Source: Anthoceros angustus (taxonomy: Eukaryota; Plantae; Anthocerotophyta). From it: DNA of 64,000 nt. The stretch covers positions 1,612,001-1,676,000 of the forward strand of contig MU008164.1 of assembly GCA_010909165.1 (NCBI GenBank), in the 5' to 3' direction. Below, one piece after another: positions 36,653-49,140 of the stretch. Position 1 is the first letter of the stretch. Every line of letters begins with the position of its first letter. Both the position numbers and the translations under genes were made by a program. The notes below the pieces were generated by a model that made no database searches, was not told where the DNA came from, and worked only from the letters and a program-made list of their open reading frames with translations.

Positions 36653-37774
36653 CAGTTCTCTGATTCGGTGAATCCTACATCATGCAGCGAAACGAACAGC
36701 GTGTGGCTGTTCTCTTGGACTGCATCATCAATGTGTCATAACAGGCTCTTGTGCAACACATTTTATCCGGCCTGACGGTGGGTTTGGCTGCCTTGCACTG
36801 TGCTGCCTTACCATTACCAGATATCATGGGCCTCCTTTACAGTCAGCAGAACCAAGCAAGCCCGACCTGGCATATGCTGCATCACCGACACACCACCAAA
36901 CGCTTGTAGGGTGCATTACAGTAGCAATGCATCAACCACTGCTCATCACTCGTGTACGACTGGCTTTTGGCTCGGCCCGCACGCGGGGCGTATAGGCATA
37001 AGCCCCGGTTTTCAACATGGATTCCGAGGACTGCACGAAGCTGTACGATATCCCTATAAAATATGTTTGACACAAGCTCGATTTTGGAGAGGTGGGAGCG
37101 TAGTGGCCCCGAGATGGGTCATCCATGTGGTAAAGCACATCAATGGCTGCACCTGCTATGGGTATTCGTAAGGACCAGGACCCGATTGCCCATCAAAAAA
37201 GCGCTGTGCGGGAAAGCCAAATGTCAGGGAGGGCAAATAGGAAAGAAAATTGCACTAGGTACTGCCAGGACTGGGCAGAATAGAAGCAGCAAGTTGGAAC
37301 TTGAAGTTGAAGACTCCTTAAGCGGAAACTACTTTGAAGCTGAGATGGAAACTCCTTCAATGTGGGAACTTCACGGTGGCTATGTTTGATGGGTTAGGCC
37401 TTCATGGGTGCCCAGCAAACCTTCCTGCACATATGTACTACCATGTCATATGTAGCACAAAACATTAAACAATGCAAAACCATCTATAAGAGAGTAGGTG
37501 CTGTAAATTTGAGCCCCAAAGCTCGTCGGACTCTGCAACCAGGATTAAGCCGCCCACAACCCACAAAACAATCCAAAACAAGAAACGAGACTTCCAAAGC
37601 GGAAGCGATGGGGGCGGGGACAGGTCGTGCAATTTCCCGTGCAGAGCGTGAGAGGATGCGTAAACATGCAAGCAGTGAAATAGTGAAAGGGAGGCGGGGC
37701 TGACGTGGGCGGTGTCCCTCCAGGCCATGTGGAGCTGTCTGGAAACAGTTCCGGCTTCCTGCCGATCAGGGTGA

Positions 37775-40700
37775 ATTTGAGCGGCATGCAGTAAAGAGAA
37801 CGTGGGCGGGTCAAGCTAATACTGGGTTAATGCACATGGAAGGAAGTGCGACCTGATTCAGCGGCTAATCTGGGAGATGCGTGGCTCCTGGGCTGGCCTG
37901 GATCCCGCTCGCCCACCAAAATTACAGCGCCGCGCTGTTGCCCCTGCCGCCTACGTCCTCTCCTCTCCTCACAGGTCTTCAAAGGTGCTAACCCTAATGC
38001 CTGTAACATCCTCAATTATGCTCGCCTTTCGGTTACCAAACCCCGGTTTTCCCTGCTTTCCTCGCCTCCTCCGATGCTGCACCTCGCTCAATTCCTCCGA
38101 CCTTGAAATCCCCAAACCACGTGCCGCCTGCCTGCGGCACGTTACCAAAGGAGTTGAAGGCCCGCCGCTCGCCTCACCTTCCATGTGTTGAAAATTCAAT
38201 GTAAATCAGCACTAAAGACAAGCCCCAGTATTTAATGGGCTCCCAATTCCCTCCTCCTCCGCCTACTCCTCACATGCACGTCCAAACGAACCCCTTTCTA
38301 CACTCTCTGTGCATTTCCATAAAACACAAAGTGTTAGTAGTAATAGTCATTTATACCCTAGAAGTATGGTACAATATTCTTAGTCCTTCTCGGAGGCACA
38401 TTATGTGAGATTCCAACCTCTTTGAGACAACTCTTGATCGGAGAGTCCTCTCTTAGGTTCTCGGGTAGAGGCACATTATGTGAGATTCCCAACGTATTTG
38501 AGACAACTCTTAATCTGACAGTCCTCCCTTAGGTCCTTTAATAGAGCCACATTATGTGAGATTCCCAACGTGTTCGAGACAACTCTCAATCTGACAGTCC
38601 TCTCTTAGGTGAGGTGTGTCTCCTCGAAGATATGACCAACCTCCGACGCCCGGATGGACGAATGAGGATGCAGGTAGCAGATCGCACACAAGGACTCTAG
38701 GTGTATGCATGTCAGCAACTCTCCTCTCGTACCAAAGATAATATCCGTGTACGCTTCTTTCCTCTCCACAGCTCTCCTGGCATTATCACCCTACAATCGC
38801 TATCCCACGAGCCCTCCTCACCCACGAGACACCCCACGAGGAGTACGCAGCCACCATCTCCACTCTCCGGTGCATGCCCTGTAACCTTAGTCAGAAGTGA
38901 GGATGGTGGGTAGTGGTGGGTGGGGATATTCTCCTAGTACATAATGTATCTAGATCTACTATGTGATTTACATAGATAATCTATTAGTGTATTGGAGATG
39001 GATTAGATTTATAAGAGGCTTCATGATGTAGTTCTTGGTCATTCTTAGCGAAGTTATGAAGATATGTTTTCTATATATATGAATGAGATTCACAGTAACT
39101 TCAAAGTATTGCATGAAATTTTTAATTACTTTTGATCTTGTATACTCTGGAACAAATGACAGGGCTTGAATGAATAAGGTGAGGGTTGACACTTTGGATT
39201 GCTTAAATGCAGATGATTAGGTGGTAGATCGTAAGAAGGATGTGAGGTGTGGAAGTGATTGGAGGAGGTTTGAACGGTTAGCATGATCGTGGTGGAGTCA
39301 AGGACGATGGGAGTGTGTCTACTGCCTAGGGGAGTGATTAGCGGGTGGGGAAGGAGGGAGGTGAGTTGGAGTCAAGTTGAATTTGAGCGGCATGCAGTAA
39401 AGAGAACGTGGGCGGGTCAAGCTAATACTGGGTTAATGCACATGGAAGGAAGTGCGACCTGATTCAGCGGCTAATCTGGGAGATGCGTGGCTCCTGGGCT
39501 GGCCTGGATCCTGCCTCGCTCGCCCACCAAAATTACAGCGCCGCGCTGTTGCCCCTGCCGCCTACGTCCTCTCCTCTCCTCACAGGTCTTCAAAGGTGCT
39601 AACCCTAATGCCTGTAACATCCTCAATTATGCTCGCCTTTCGGTTACCAAACCCCGGTTTTCCTGCTTTCCTCGCCTCCTCCGATGCTGCACCTCGCTCA
39701 ATTCCTCCGACCTTGAAATCCCCAAACCACGTGCCGCCTGCCTGCGGCACGTTACCAAAGGAGTTGAAGGCCCGCCGCTCGCCTCACCTTCCATGTGTTG
39801 AAAATTCAATGTAAATCAGCACTAAAGACAAGCCCCAGTATTTAATGGGCTCCCAATTCCCTCCTCCTCCGCCTACTCCTCACATGCACGTCCAAACGAA
39901 CCCCTTTCTACACTCTCGCATTTCCATAAAACACAAAGTGTTAGTAGTAATAGTCACGACACCAGGCAAGTATAACCTCTTTGAGACAACTCTCAACTGG
40001 GTCCTCTCTTAGGTTCTGCAGAGGCACATTATGTGAGATTCCCAACGATTTGAGACAACTCTTAACTGGCGGGCCCTCCTTAGGTCCTTTAATAGAGCCA
40101 CATTATGTGAGATTCCCAACGTGTTCGAGACAACTCTCAACTGACACTCCTCTCTTAGGTGAGGTGTGTCTCCTCAAGATATGACCAACCTCCGACGCCG
40201 GATGGACGAATGAGGATGCAGGTAGCAGATCGCACACAAGGACTCTAGGTGTATGCATGTCAGCAACTCTCCTCTCGTACCAAAGATAATATCCGTGTAC
40301 GCTTCTTTCCTCTCCACAGCTCTCCTGGCATTATCACCCTACAATCGCTATCCCACGAGCCCTCCTCACCCACGAGACACCCCACGAGGAGTGCACCACC
40401 ATCTCCACTCTCCGGTGCATGCCTGTAACCTTAGTCAAGTGAGGATGGTGGGTGGTGGTGGGATATTCTCCTAGTACATAATGTATCTAGATCTACTATG
40501 TGATTTACATAGATAATCTATTAGTGTATTGGAGATGGATTAGATTTATAAGAGGCTTCATGATGTAGTTCTTGGTCATTCTTAGCGAAGTTATGAAGAT
40601 ATGTTTTCTATATATATGAATGAGATTCACAGTAACTTCAAAGTATTGCATGAAATTTTTAATTACTTTTGATCTTGTATACTCTGGAACAAATGACAGG

Positions 40701-40925
40701 GCTTGAATGAATAAGGTGAGGGTTGACACTTTGGATTGCTTAAATGCAGATGATTAGGTGGTAGATCGTAAGAAGGATGTGAGGTGTGTGGAAGTGATTG
40801 GAGGAGGTTTGAACGGTTAGCATGATCGTGGTGGAGTCAAAGGACGATGGGAGTGTGTCTACTGCCTAGGGGAGTGATTAGCGGGTGGGGGAAGGAGGGG
40901 AGGTGAGTTGGAGTCAAGTTGAATA
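37775..40925. repeat. Tandem duplication of a ~1.6-kb intergenic unit (37775-39380 and 39381-40925)
   Basis: Copies differ mainly by small deletions, and the junction shares TGAAT. Each copy contains a 76-bp x3 array (38380-38610; ~39975-40160). Confidence 0.9.
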
Positions 40926-42150
40926 GGGTGGCAATAAAGTGCGAAGAATCGAGGTTTGCGGAGGAAGGGCCAAAACCGGACGGGGCCGGAGGCCAGGCCA
41001 GGGGCCCGGGACGAAGGAAAGCAGCAATTTATTTTTGGGTGGGAAAGAACGTGTGGATCATTCAGCCAGGGCGCCCGGCCCGGCCCGCCCATCCCGCCTC
41101 CTGCTCCTTGCGCTGCCTTTGGCTGCCCCTCGGTCCGCCACTCTGTTGCTGCCTCTCCTCCAGATCTGCCTTTGGCTTGCCTTTGCTTTGCCTGCGCTCG
41201 GCACCTCTGCTCTTGTCTTTTCTGCTGGACTGGACTGGAGTCGGAGCGGATCGGATCGCCTTGCTTCCTTCCTGCCTTGCTTCCCGCTGGCTGCTTCTGG
41301 TTCTGGTGCTGAGCTGCTGGTGGGCGAGCTCCGGGAGCTGCTGGGTCGGGCCGGGGCGTGTCTCGGAGGTGGTTGCTGGCTTTGCTCGGTTGTGGGTGTG
41401 GTGTCGTTTTGGAGGATTGCTGGTGGGCGCTTGGATGTTTGCCTGCATGGTCCAGCATTACACGGCGTTGTCTGCGCCGAGAGCAGGAGAGTGGCATTGT
41501 CGCTGAGGGTGCTGGATCGAGTAGGGGAGGGCTTTGTTGGGTTCCTCGGCGAGAGAGCGCGCCGAGTTGGGTGTTGTTGCTTGTTCCCGCTTCTTGCATG
41601 TTGGTGGGCTGTGCGTGAGTGCATGCTGCGGTGATCTTGTGGGTGTCTGTTGAGCAGATCGCTGCTTGTAGCAGTGGTTTTGTGGGCGGTAGCGTGTTCT
41701 GAGCTGGGCCGGCAATGCTGATTTTTGTTCTGTCTTGCAGCGATGGTGATCGCAAGTGCTGAGGCCGGAGGTGCGAGGACGATGGTGGGCGGCGGCTCTG
41801 CTGGAACACGCGCGGTGAGCGCCCCCAGGCGGGGGGAGAATTCAGGGGGCCTTTAGTCCTTGCCAGCCGGGCTCCATCCAAGCGTTCGATGGTGTGGAGC
41901 TATGCTGCTGGAGGAGCTGCCTTCGCCGTCGCAGTGAAGGAATTGGGGGCAGGGGATGCGGAGACGGCTCCAAGCTTTTGCTTTGTAAGGCGGTGGGTGC
42001 TGCCGACTTGGATGGGTTGCCACGGGGGAAGCATCAGCAGCAGCGGAATCAGGGGAGGCTGTGACGCAAGCTGAGCTCAGTATTCTCTGCTCGTGCATTT
42101 CTTGCCCGGGACGTTATCGGATCACGCTCCAGCTCAAGGATACAGGAATC

Positions 42151-43482
42151 ATGGGTGGCAGGAATGGCAATGCCGGCGTCTGGAGTTGGCTCGGCTCCCT
42201 GCTCTTCGGGGCCTTGCTGCTCAGCGTCTGCGATGGGCTCACCAATAACATGCCGGAGCTTTCGGATTTCTTCTCTGGCCTCAGCCCGCAGGCCAAGGTG
42301 GGCTGGCCGCAGTCAGATCCCTGCGGGAGCTCGTGGGGCGTGGTGTCCTGCACCGGAGCCGACGTGACGGCCATCTACATCAAGAACCTGGGCCTCACGG
42401 GGACGCTCCGACCTAGCCTCACGCAGCTCCCCAAGCTCACCAGGCTGGATGCGCAGGGGAACTCCCTGGGAGGTCCCCTGCCCACCTTCAATGGGACCTC
42501 GGCGCCGCTCATCACCACGCTCTTCCTTGGTGGCAACCAGTTCTCGTCCATCCCAGCCGACTTCTTCAAGGGGCTCACCGGTCTGCAGATTTTCGCTCTG
42601 GACAAGAATCCGACGCTGGCTGCCTGGCCCGCCCCGGATCTGTCCAACAACCCCTTGCTGATCAACTTCACCATCAGCAGCTGCGGGTGACGGGCCCCAT
42701 TCCCGACAGCTTCGGCTCTCTCACGGCTCTCTTCACTCTCTCGATGTCGTACAACTCCCTCACGGGGCCTCTCCCGAGCCTGGTCTCGGCGCAGACTCTC
42801 AGCGTGCTGCAGCTCAACAATCAGGCGCCTCCTGGCTTGTCCGGGAATCTGAGCATTCTCAGGGATCTGCAGGGACTGACTGTTGCGTGGCTGCATGGGA
42901 ACAGCTTCTCCGGGCCTCTGCCTGACAACCTGCCTTCTGGGCTGCGGGATCTCAAGCTCAACAACAATCAGTTGGTGGGTCCTCTTCCTGCTTCCATGTC
43001 TTCCCTCACTGCCCTCCAGACTCTCTACATCCAGAACAACTACTTCAGCGGGCCTCTCCCTTCCTTCCCCAACAAGAACCTGGATCTGACCAAGGACGAT
43101 GCTGATTTCTGCGGGGCAACCTGCAACCCTCAAGTGAATGCTCTGCTGGTCTTCCTGGCAGGTTTAGGGTACCCCCAGAGTCTGGCGATGGTATGGCTGG
43201 GTCCTAACCCATGTGCTCCTTGGAAGGGGATCGTGTGTGATACCACCACAAACCCCTCCATCACAAGCATCAATCTCCCTCTGCAGCAGCTCACAGGAAG
43301 CATCTCTCCGGCCCTCGCCAATCTCACCGGTCTCCAACAGATAGTGTTGTACAACAATTCCCTCACTGGCACCATTCCTGATCTGTCCGGTCTGCCCCAG
43401 CTGGTGAAGCTGGACGTGAGGTACAACAATCTGAGTCCACCCGTTCCTTCATTCCCTGCCAGCGTCACTGTCCTGACAGTTG
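42151..43482 (+). pseudogene. TMK1: TMK ectodomain-only copy (signal peptide + LRRs), truncated by a jump back into the 5' leader
   Basis: Near-identical to 44250-45580. Ends at GACAGTTGG|TTGCTGG. Confidence 0.8.
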
Positions 43483-44249
43483 GTTGCTGGCTTTGCTCGG
43501 TTGTGGGTGTGGTGTCGTTTTGGAGGATTGCTGGTGGGCGCTTGGATGTTTGCCTGCATGGTCCAGCATTACACGGCGTTGTCTGCGCCGAGAGCAGGAG
43601 AGTGGCATTGTCGCTGAGGGTGCTGGATCGAGTAGGGAGGGCTTTGTTGGGTTCCTCGGCGAGAGAGCGCCGAGTTGGGTGTTGTTGCTTGTTCCCGCTT
43701 CTTGCATGTTGGTGGGCTGTGCGTGAGTGCATGCTGCGGTGATCTTGTGGGTGTCTGTTGAGCAGATCGCCGCTTGTAGCAGTGGTTTTGTGGGCGGTAG
43801 CGTGTTCTGAGCTGGGCCGGCAATGCTGATTTTTGTTCTGTCTTGCAGCGATGGTGATCGCAAGTGCTGAGGCCGGAGGTGCGAGGACGATGGTGGGCGG
43901 CGGCTCTGCTGGAACACGCGGTGAGCGCCCCCAGGCGGGGAGAATTCAGGGGCCTTTAGTCCTTGCCAGCCGGGCTCCATCCAAGCGTTCGATGGTGTGG
44001 AGCTATGCTGCTGGAGGAGCTGCCTTCGCCGTCGCAGTGAAGGAATTGGGGGCAGGGATGCGGAGACGGCTCCAAGCTTTTGCTTTGTAAGGCGGTGGGT
44101 GCTGCCGACTTGGATGGGTTGCCACGGGGAAGCATCAGCAGCAGCGGAATCAGGGGAGGCTGTGACGCAAGCTGAGCTCAGTATTCTCTGCTCGCATTTC
44201 TTGCCCGGGACGTTATCGGATCACGCTCCAGCTCAAGGATACAGGAATC

Positions 44250-47200
44250 ATGGGTGGCAGGAATGGCAATGCCGGCGTCTGGAGTTGGCTCGGCTCCCTG
44301 CTCTTCGGGGCCTTGCTGCTCAGCGTCTGCGATGGGCTCACCAATAACATGCCGGAGCTTTCGGATTTCTTCTCTGGCCTCAGCCCGCAGGCCAAGGTGG
44401 GCTGGCTGCAGTCAGATCCTGCGGAGCTCGTGGGGCGTGGTGTCCTGCACCGGAGCCGACGTGACGGCCATCTACATCAAGAACCTGGGCCTCACGGGGA
44501 CGCTCCGACCTAGCCTCACGCAGCTCCCCAAGCTCACCAGGCTGGATGCGCAGGGGAACTCCTGGGAGGTCCCCTGCCCACCTTCAATGGGACCTCGGCG
44601 CCGCTCATCACCACGCTCTTCCTTGGTGGCAACCAGTTCTCGTCCATCCCAGCCGACTTCTTCAAGGGGCTCACCGGTCTGCAGATTTTCGCTCTGGACA
44701 AGAATCCGACGCTGGCTGCCTGGCCCGCCCCGGATCTGTCCAACAACCCCTTGCTGATCAACTTCACCATCAGCAGCTGCGGGGTGACGGGCCCCATTCC
44801 CGACAGCTTCGGCTCTCTCACGGCTCTCTTCACTCTCTCGATGTCGTACAACTCCCTCACGGGGCCTCTCCCCCCGAGCCTGGTCTCGGCGCAGACTCTC
44901 AGCGTGCTGCAGCTCAACAATCAGGCGCCTCCTGGCTTGTCCGGGAATCTGAGCATTCTCGGGGATCTGCAGGGACTGACTGTTGCGTGGCTGCATGGGA
45001 ACAGCTTCTCCGGGCCTCTGCCTGACAACCTGCCTTCTGGGCTGCGGGATCTCAAGCTCAACAACAATCAGTTGGTGGGTCCTCTTCCTGCTTCCATGTC
45101 TTCCCTCACTGCCCTCCAGACTCTCTACATCCAGAACAACTACTTCAGCGGGCCTCTCCCTTCCTTCCCCAACAAGAACCTGGATCTGACCAAGGACGAT
45201 GCTGATTTCTGCGGGGCAACCTGCAACCCTCAAGTGAATGCTCTGCTGGTCTTCCTGGCAGGTTTAGGGTACCCCAGAGTCTGGCGATGGTATGGCTGGG
45301 TCCTAACCCATGTGCTCCTTGGAAGGGATCGTGTGATACCACCACAAACCCTCCATCACAAGCATCAATCTCCCTCTGCAGCAGCTCACAGGAAGCATCT
45401 CTCCGGCCCTCGCCAATCTCACCGGTCTCCAACAGATAGTGTTGTACAACAATTCCCTCACTGGCACCATTCCTGATCTGTCCGGTCTGCCCCAGCTGGT
45501 GAAGCTGGACGTGAGGTACAACAATCTGAGTCCACCCGTTCCTTCATTCCCTGCCAGCGTCACTGTCCTGACAGTTGGGAACCCGGCGATCGACGCTCTC
45601 TCGACTCCTCCTCCCAGTGCTCCCCCTTCTGTTGCTCCTGGAGCTCCTCCTTCTGTGTCCCCTGCAGCTCCTCCTACTGTGTCTCCTCCTGGGTCTGCTG
45701 CTCCTGGGTCTGCCCCTGGTTCTGATGCCCCTGGATCTTCTCCTGGGTCGGCTCCTGGTGGGACCTCAAAGCCTTCTCCTCCGTCTGTCACACCACCGGG
45801 AAAGACTGGTTCAGGCCCGTCATCAGGTGGTGCAACTGATGCTGTGGCAGGAAGCAGCAATTCTGCTTCCATACCCGTGGCTGCGGTTGCTGGACCAGTT
45901 GTAGGAGTTGTTTCTCTTTGGTCCTTGCAGGAGTCGTATTGTACTGCTGCTACAAGAAGAAGAGGAAGGATTCCTGAGGGTGCCGAGTAGCACCGCCAGT
46001 GTCATGATCCACCCCGAGACTCTTCTTCGGATCCGGAAGTCGTCAAGATCGTGGTAGGAGGCAGTGCTGGGGCTGCCAGTAAGAACCACAGCAGGACCAG
46101 CAGTGGGCCCAGTGATGTCACGGTTGTGGGAGAGTCTAACAATCTGGTGATATCCATCGAGGTTCTGCGGATGTGACCAAGAACTTCAGCGACGAGAATG
46201 TGCTGGGAAGGGAGGGTTCGGTGTGGTGTACAAGGACAGCTCGAGGATGGCACCATGATTGCTGTGAAGAGGATGGAGGCAGCAGTGGTGTCCAGCAAAG
46301 GGCTCAGCGAGTTCCAGGCCGAGATTGCTGTCTTGACTAAGGTGCGACACCGGCATCTGGTGGCATTGCTGGGCTACTGTGTGGAGGGCAATGAGAGGCT
46401 TCTTGTGTACGAGTACATGCCGCAGGGAACTTTGAGCCAGCATCTGTTCGACTGGAAGAGCCACGACGAGAAGCCTCTGCCCTGGAAGAAGAGGCTCTCC
46501 ATCGCCCTGGATGTGGCTCGTGGGATGGAGTATCTGCATGGGCTTGCCCACAAGAGCTTCATCCACCGTGACTTGAAGCCATCCAACATCCTTCTGGGAG
46601 ATGATTTCCGAGCCAAGGTCTCGGACTTCGGGTTGGTGAAGCTTGCTCCTGAAGGCAAGTACTCTGTGGAGACCAGGCTGGCAGGCACATTCGGCTACCT
46701 TGCTCCAGAATATGCTGTGACAGGGCGGGTGACCACCAAGGCAGATGTGTTCAGCTTCAGGGTGGTGCTGATGGAGCTGGTCACCGGCCGGCGGGCACTG
46801 GATGAGACACAGCCAGAGGAGAACATGCATCTGGTGACATGGTTCAGGCGGACCAACACCAACAAGGAGAACTTCATGAAGGCCATCGACTCTCCATCGA
46901 CCTCAACGAAGAGACTCTGCAGACAGTTCTGATTGTTGCCGAGCTGGCAGGACACTGTACTGCCCCGAGCCGTACCAACGTCCAGACATGGGTCATGCTG
47001 TCAACGTCCTCGCTCCCCTGGTGGAGATGTGGAAGCCTCCAACTACGACCCTGAGGACAACGCCGGCATCAACATGGAGCTCTCCCTTCCTTCCCCAACA
47101 AGAACCTGGATCTGACCAAGGACGATGCTGATTTCTGCGGGGCAACCTGCAACCCTCAAGTGAATGCTCTGCTGGTCTTCCTGGCAGGTTTAGGGTACCC

Positions 47201-49140
47201 CCAGAGTCTGGCGATGGTATGGCTGGGTCCTAACCCATGTGCTCCTTGGAAGGGATCGTGTGATACCACCACAAACCCTCCATCACAAGCATCAATCTCC
47301 TCTGCAGCAGCTCACAGGAAGCATCTCCGGCCTCGCCAATCTCACCGGTCTCCAACAGATAGTGTTGTACAACAATTCCCTCACTGGCACCATTCCTGAT
47401 CTGTCCGGTCTGCCCCAGCTGGTGAAGCTGGACGTGAGGTACAACAATCTGAGTCCACCCGTTCCTTCATTCCCTGCCAGCGTCACTGTCCTGACAGTTG
47501 GGAACCCGGCGATCGACGCCTCTCGACTCCTCCTCCCAGTGCTCCCCTTCTGTTGCTCCTGGAGCTCCTCCTTCTGTGTCCCTGCAGCTCCTCCTACTGT
47601 GTCTCCTCCTGGGTCTGCTGCTCCTGGGTCTGCCCCTGGTTCTGATGCCCCTGGATCTTCTCCTGGGTCGGCTCCTGGTGGGACCTCAAAGCCTTCTCCT
47701 CCGTCTGTCACACCACCGGGAAAGACTGGTTCAGGCCCGTCATCAGGTGGTGCAACTGATGCTGTGGCAGGAAGCAGCAATTCTGCTTCCATACCCGTGG
47801 CTGCGGTTGCTGGACCAGTTGTAGGAGTTGTTTCTCTTTTGGTCCTTGCAGGAGTCGTATTGTACTGCTGCTACAAGAAGAAGAGGAAGGGATTCCTGAG
47901 GGTGCCGAGTAGCACCGCCAGTGTCATGATCCACCCCCGAGACTCTTCTTCGGATCCGGAAGTCGTCAAGATCGTGGTAGGAGGCAGTGCTGGGGCTGCC
48001 AGTAAGAACCACAGCAGGACCAGCAGTGGGCCCAGTGATGTCACGGTTGTGGGAGAGTCTAACAATCTGGTGATATCCATCGAGGTTCTGCGGGATGTGA
48101 CCAAGAACTTCAGCGACGAGAATGTGCTGGGAAGGGGAGGGTTCGGTGTGGTGTACAAGGGACAGCTCGAGGATGGCACCATGATTGCTGTGAAGAGGAT
48201 GGAGGCAGCAGTGGTGTCCAGCAAAGGGCTCAGCGAGTTCCAGGCCGAGATTGCTGTCTTGACTAAGGTGCGACACCGGCATCTGGTGGCATTGCTGGGC
48301 TACTGTGTGGAGGGCAATGAGAGGCTTCTTGTGTACGAGTACATGCCGCAGGGAACTTTGAGCCAGCATCTGTTCGACTGGAAGAGCCACGACGAGAAGC
48401 CTCTGCCCTGGAAGAAGAGGCTCTCCATCGCCCTGGATGTGGCTCGTGGGATGGAGTATCTGCATGGGCTTGCCCACAAGAGCTTCATCCACCGTGACTT
48501 GAAGCCATCCAACATCCTTCTGGGAGATGATTTCCGAGCCAAGGTCTCGGACTTCGGGTTGGTGAAGCTTGCTCCTGAAGGCAAGTACTCTGTGGAGACC
48601 AGGCTGGCAGGCACATTCGGCTACCTTGCTCCAGAATATGCTGTGACAGGGCGGGTGACCACCAAGGCAGATGTGTTCAGCTTCGGGGTGGTGCTGATGG
48701 AGCTGGTCACCGGCCGGCGGGCACTGGATGAGACACAGCCAGAGGAGAACATGCATCTGGTGACATGGTTCAGGCGGACCAACACCAACAAGGAGAACTT
48801 CATGAAGGCCATCGACTCCTCCATCGACCTCAACGAAGAGACTCTGCAGACAGTTCTGATTGTTGCCGAGCTGGCAGGACACTGTACTGCCCCCGAGCCG
48901 TACCAACGTCCAGACATGGGTCATGCTGTCAACGTCCTCGCTCCCCTGGTGGAGATGTGGAAGCCCTCCAACTACGACCCCGAGGACAACGCCGGCATCA
49001 ACATGGAGCTCTCCCTTCCCCAGGCCCTCAAGCAGTGGCAGGCTCTGGGAGATCTGTCCATGACCAGCAGCCTGGATGACACCAAGACCAGTCTTCCAAC
49101 AGGTTTTGCCGACTCCTTCACGTCAGCAGACGGTCGTTGA
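44250..49140 (+). CDS. TMK1: TMK-type LRR-IX receptor kinase; one gene reconstructable from 44250-47090 plus 49021-49140, with 47091-49140 re-copying the 3' two-thirds
   Basis: Signal peptide, DPC..W..VSC cap, LRRs, Cys island (FCGATC...[11 protein letters not shown]), LRRs, Pro/Ser/Gly linker, TM ([21 protein letters not shown]), then kinase [26 protein letters not shown] and a TMK-type end ([21 protein letters not shown]). No CDS introns. Confidence 0.93.

Noticed and set aside
38380-38610. Repeat array superficially like CRISPR
   Set aside because: Eukaryotic context, no unique spacers (the whole unit repeats) and no cas genes.
40859-41881. Several long overlapping ORFs (188-340 aa) on both strands in the TMK upstream region
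   Set aside because: GC-rich promoter/leader/intron sequence with few stops, low-complexity translations and no domains.
42687-43742. 351-aa ORF that looks like an LRR protein with a novel hydrophobic C-terminus
   Set aside because: The tail is 5'-leader sequence joined at the 43483 mosaic junction, so the ORF is chimeric.
47743-48924. 393-aa minus-strand ORF, plus similar antisense ORFs over the BAG, S40 and LRR coding regions
   Set aside because: Antisense shadows of GC-rich coding sequence.
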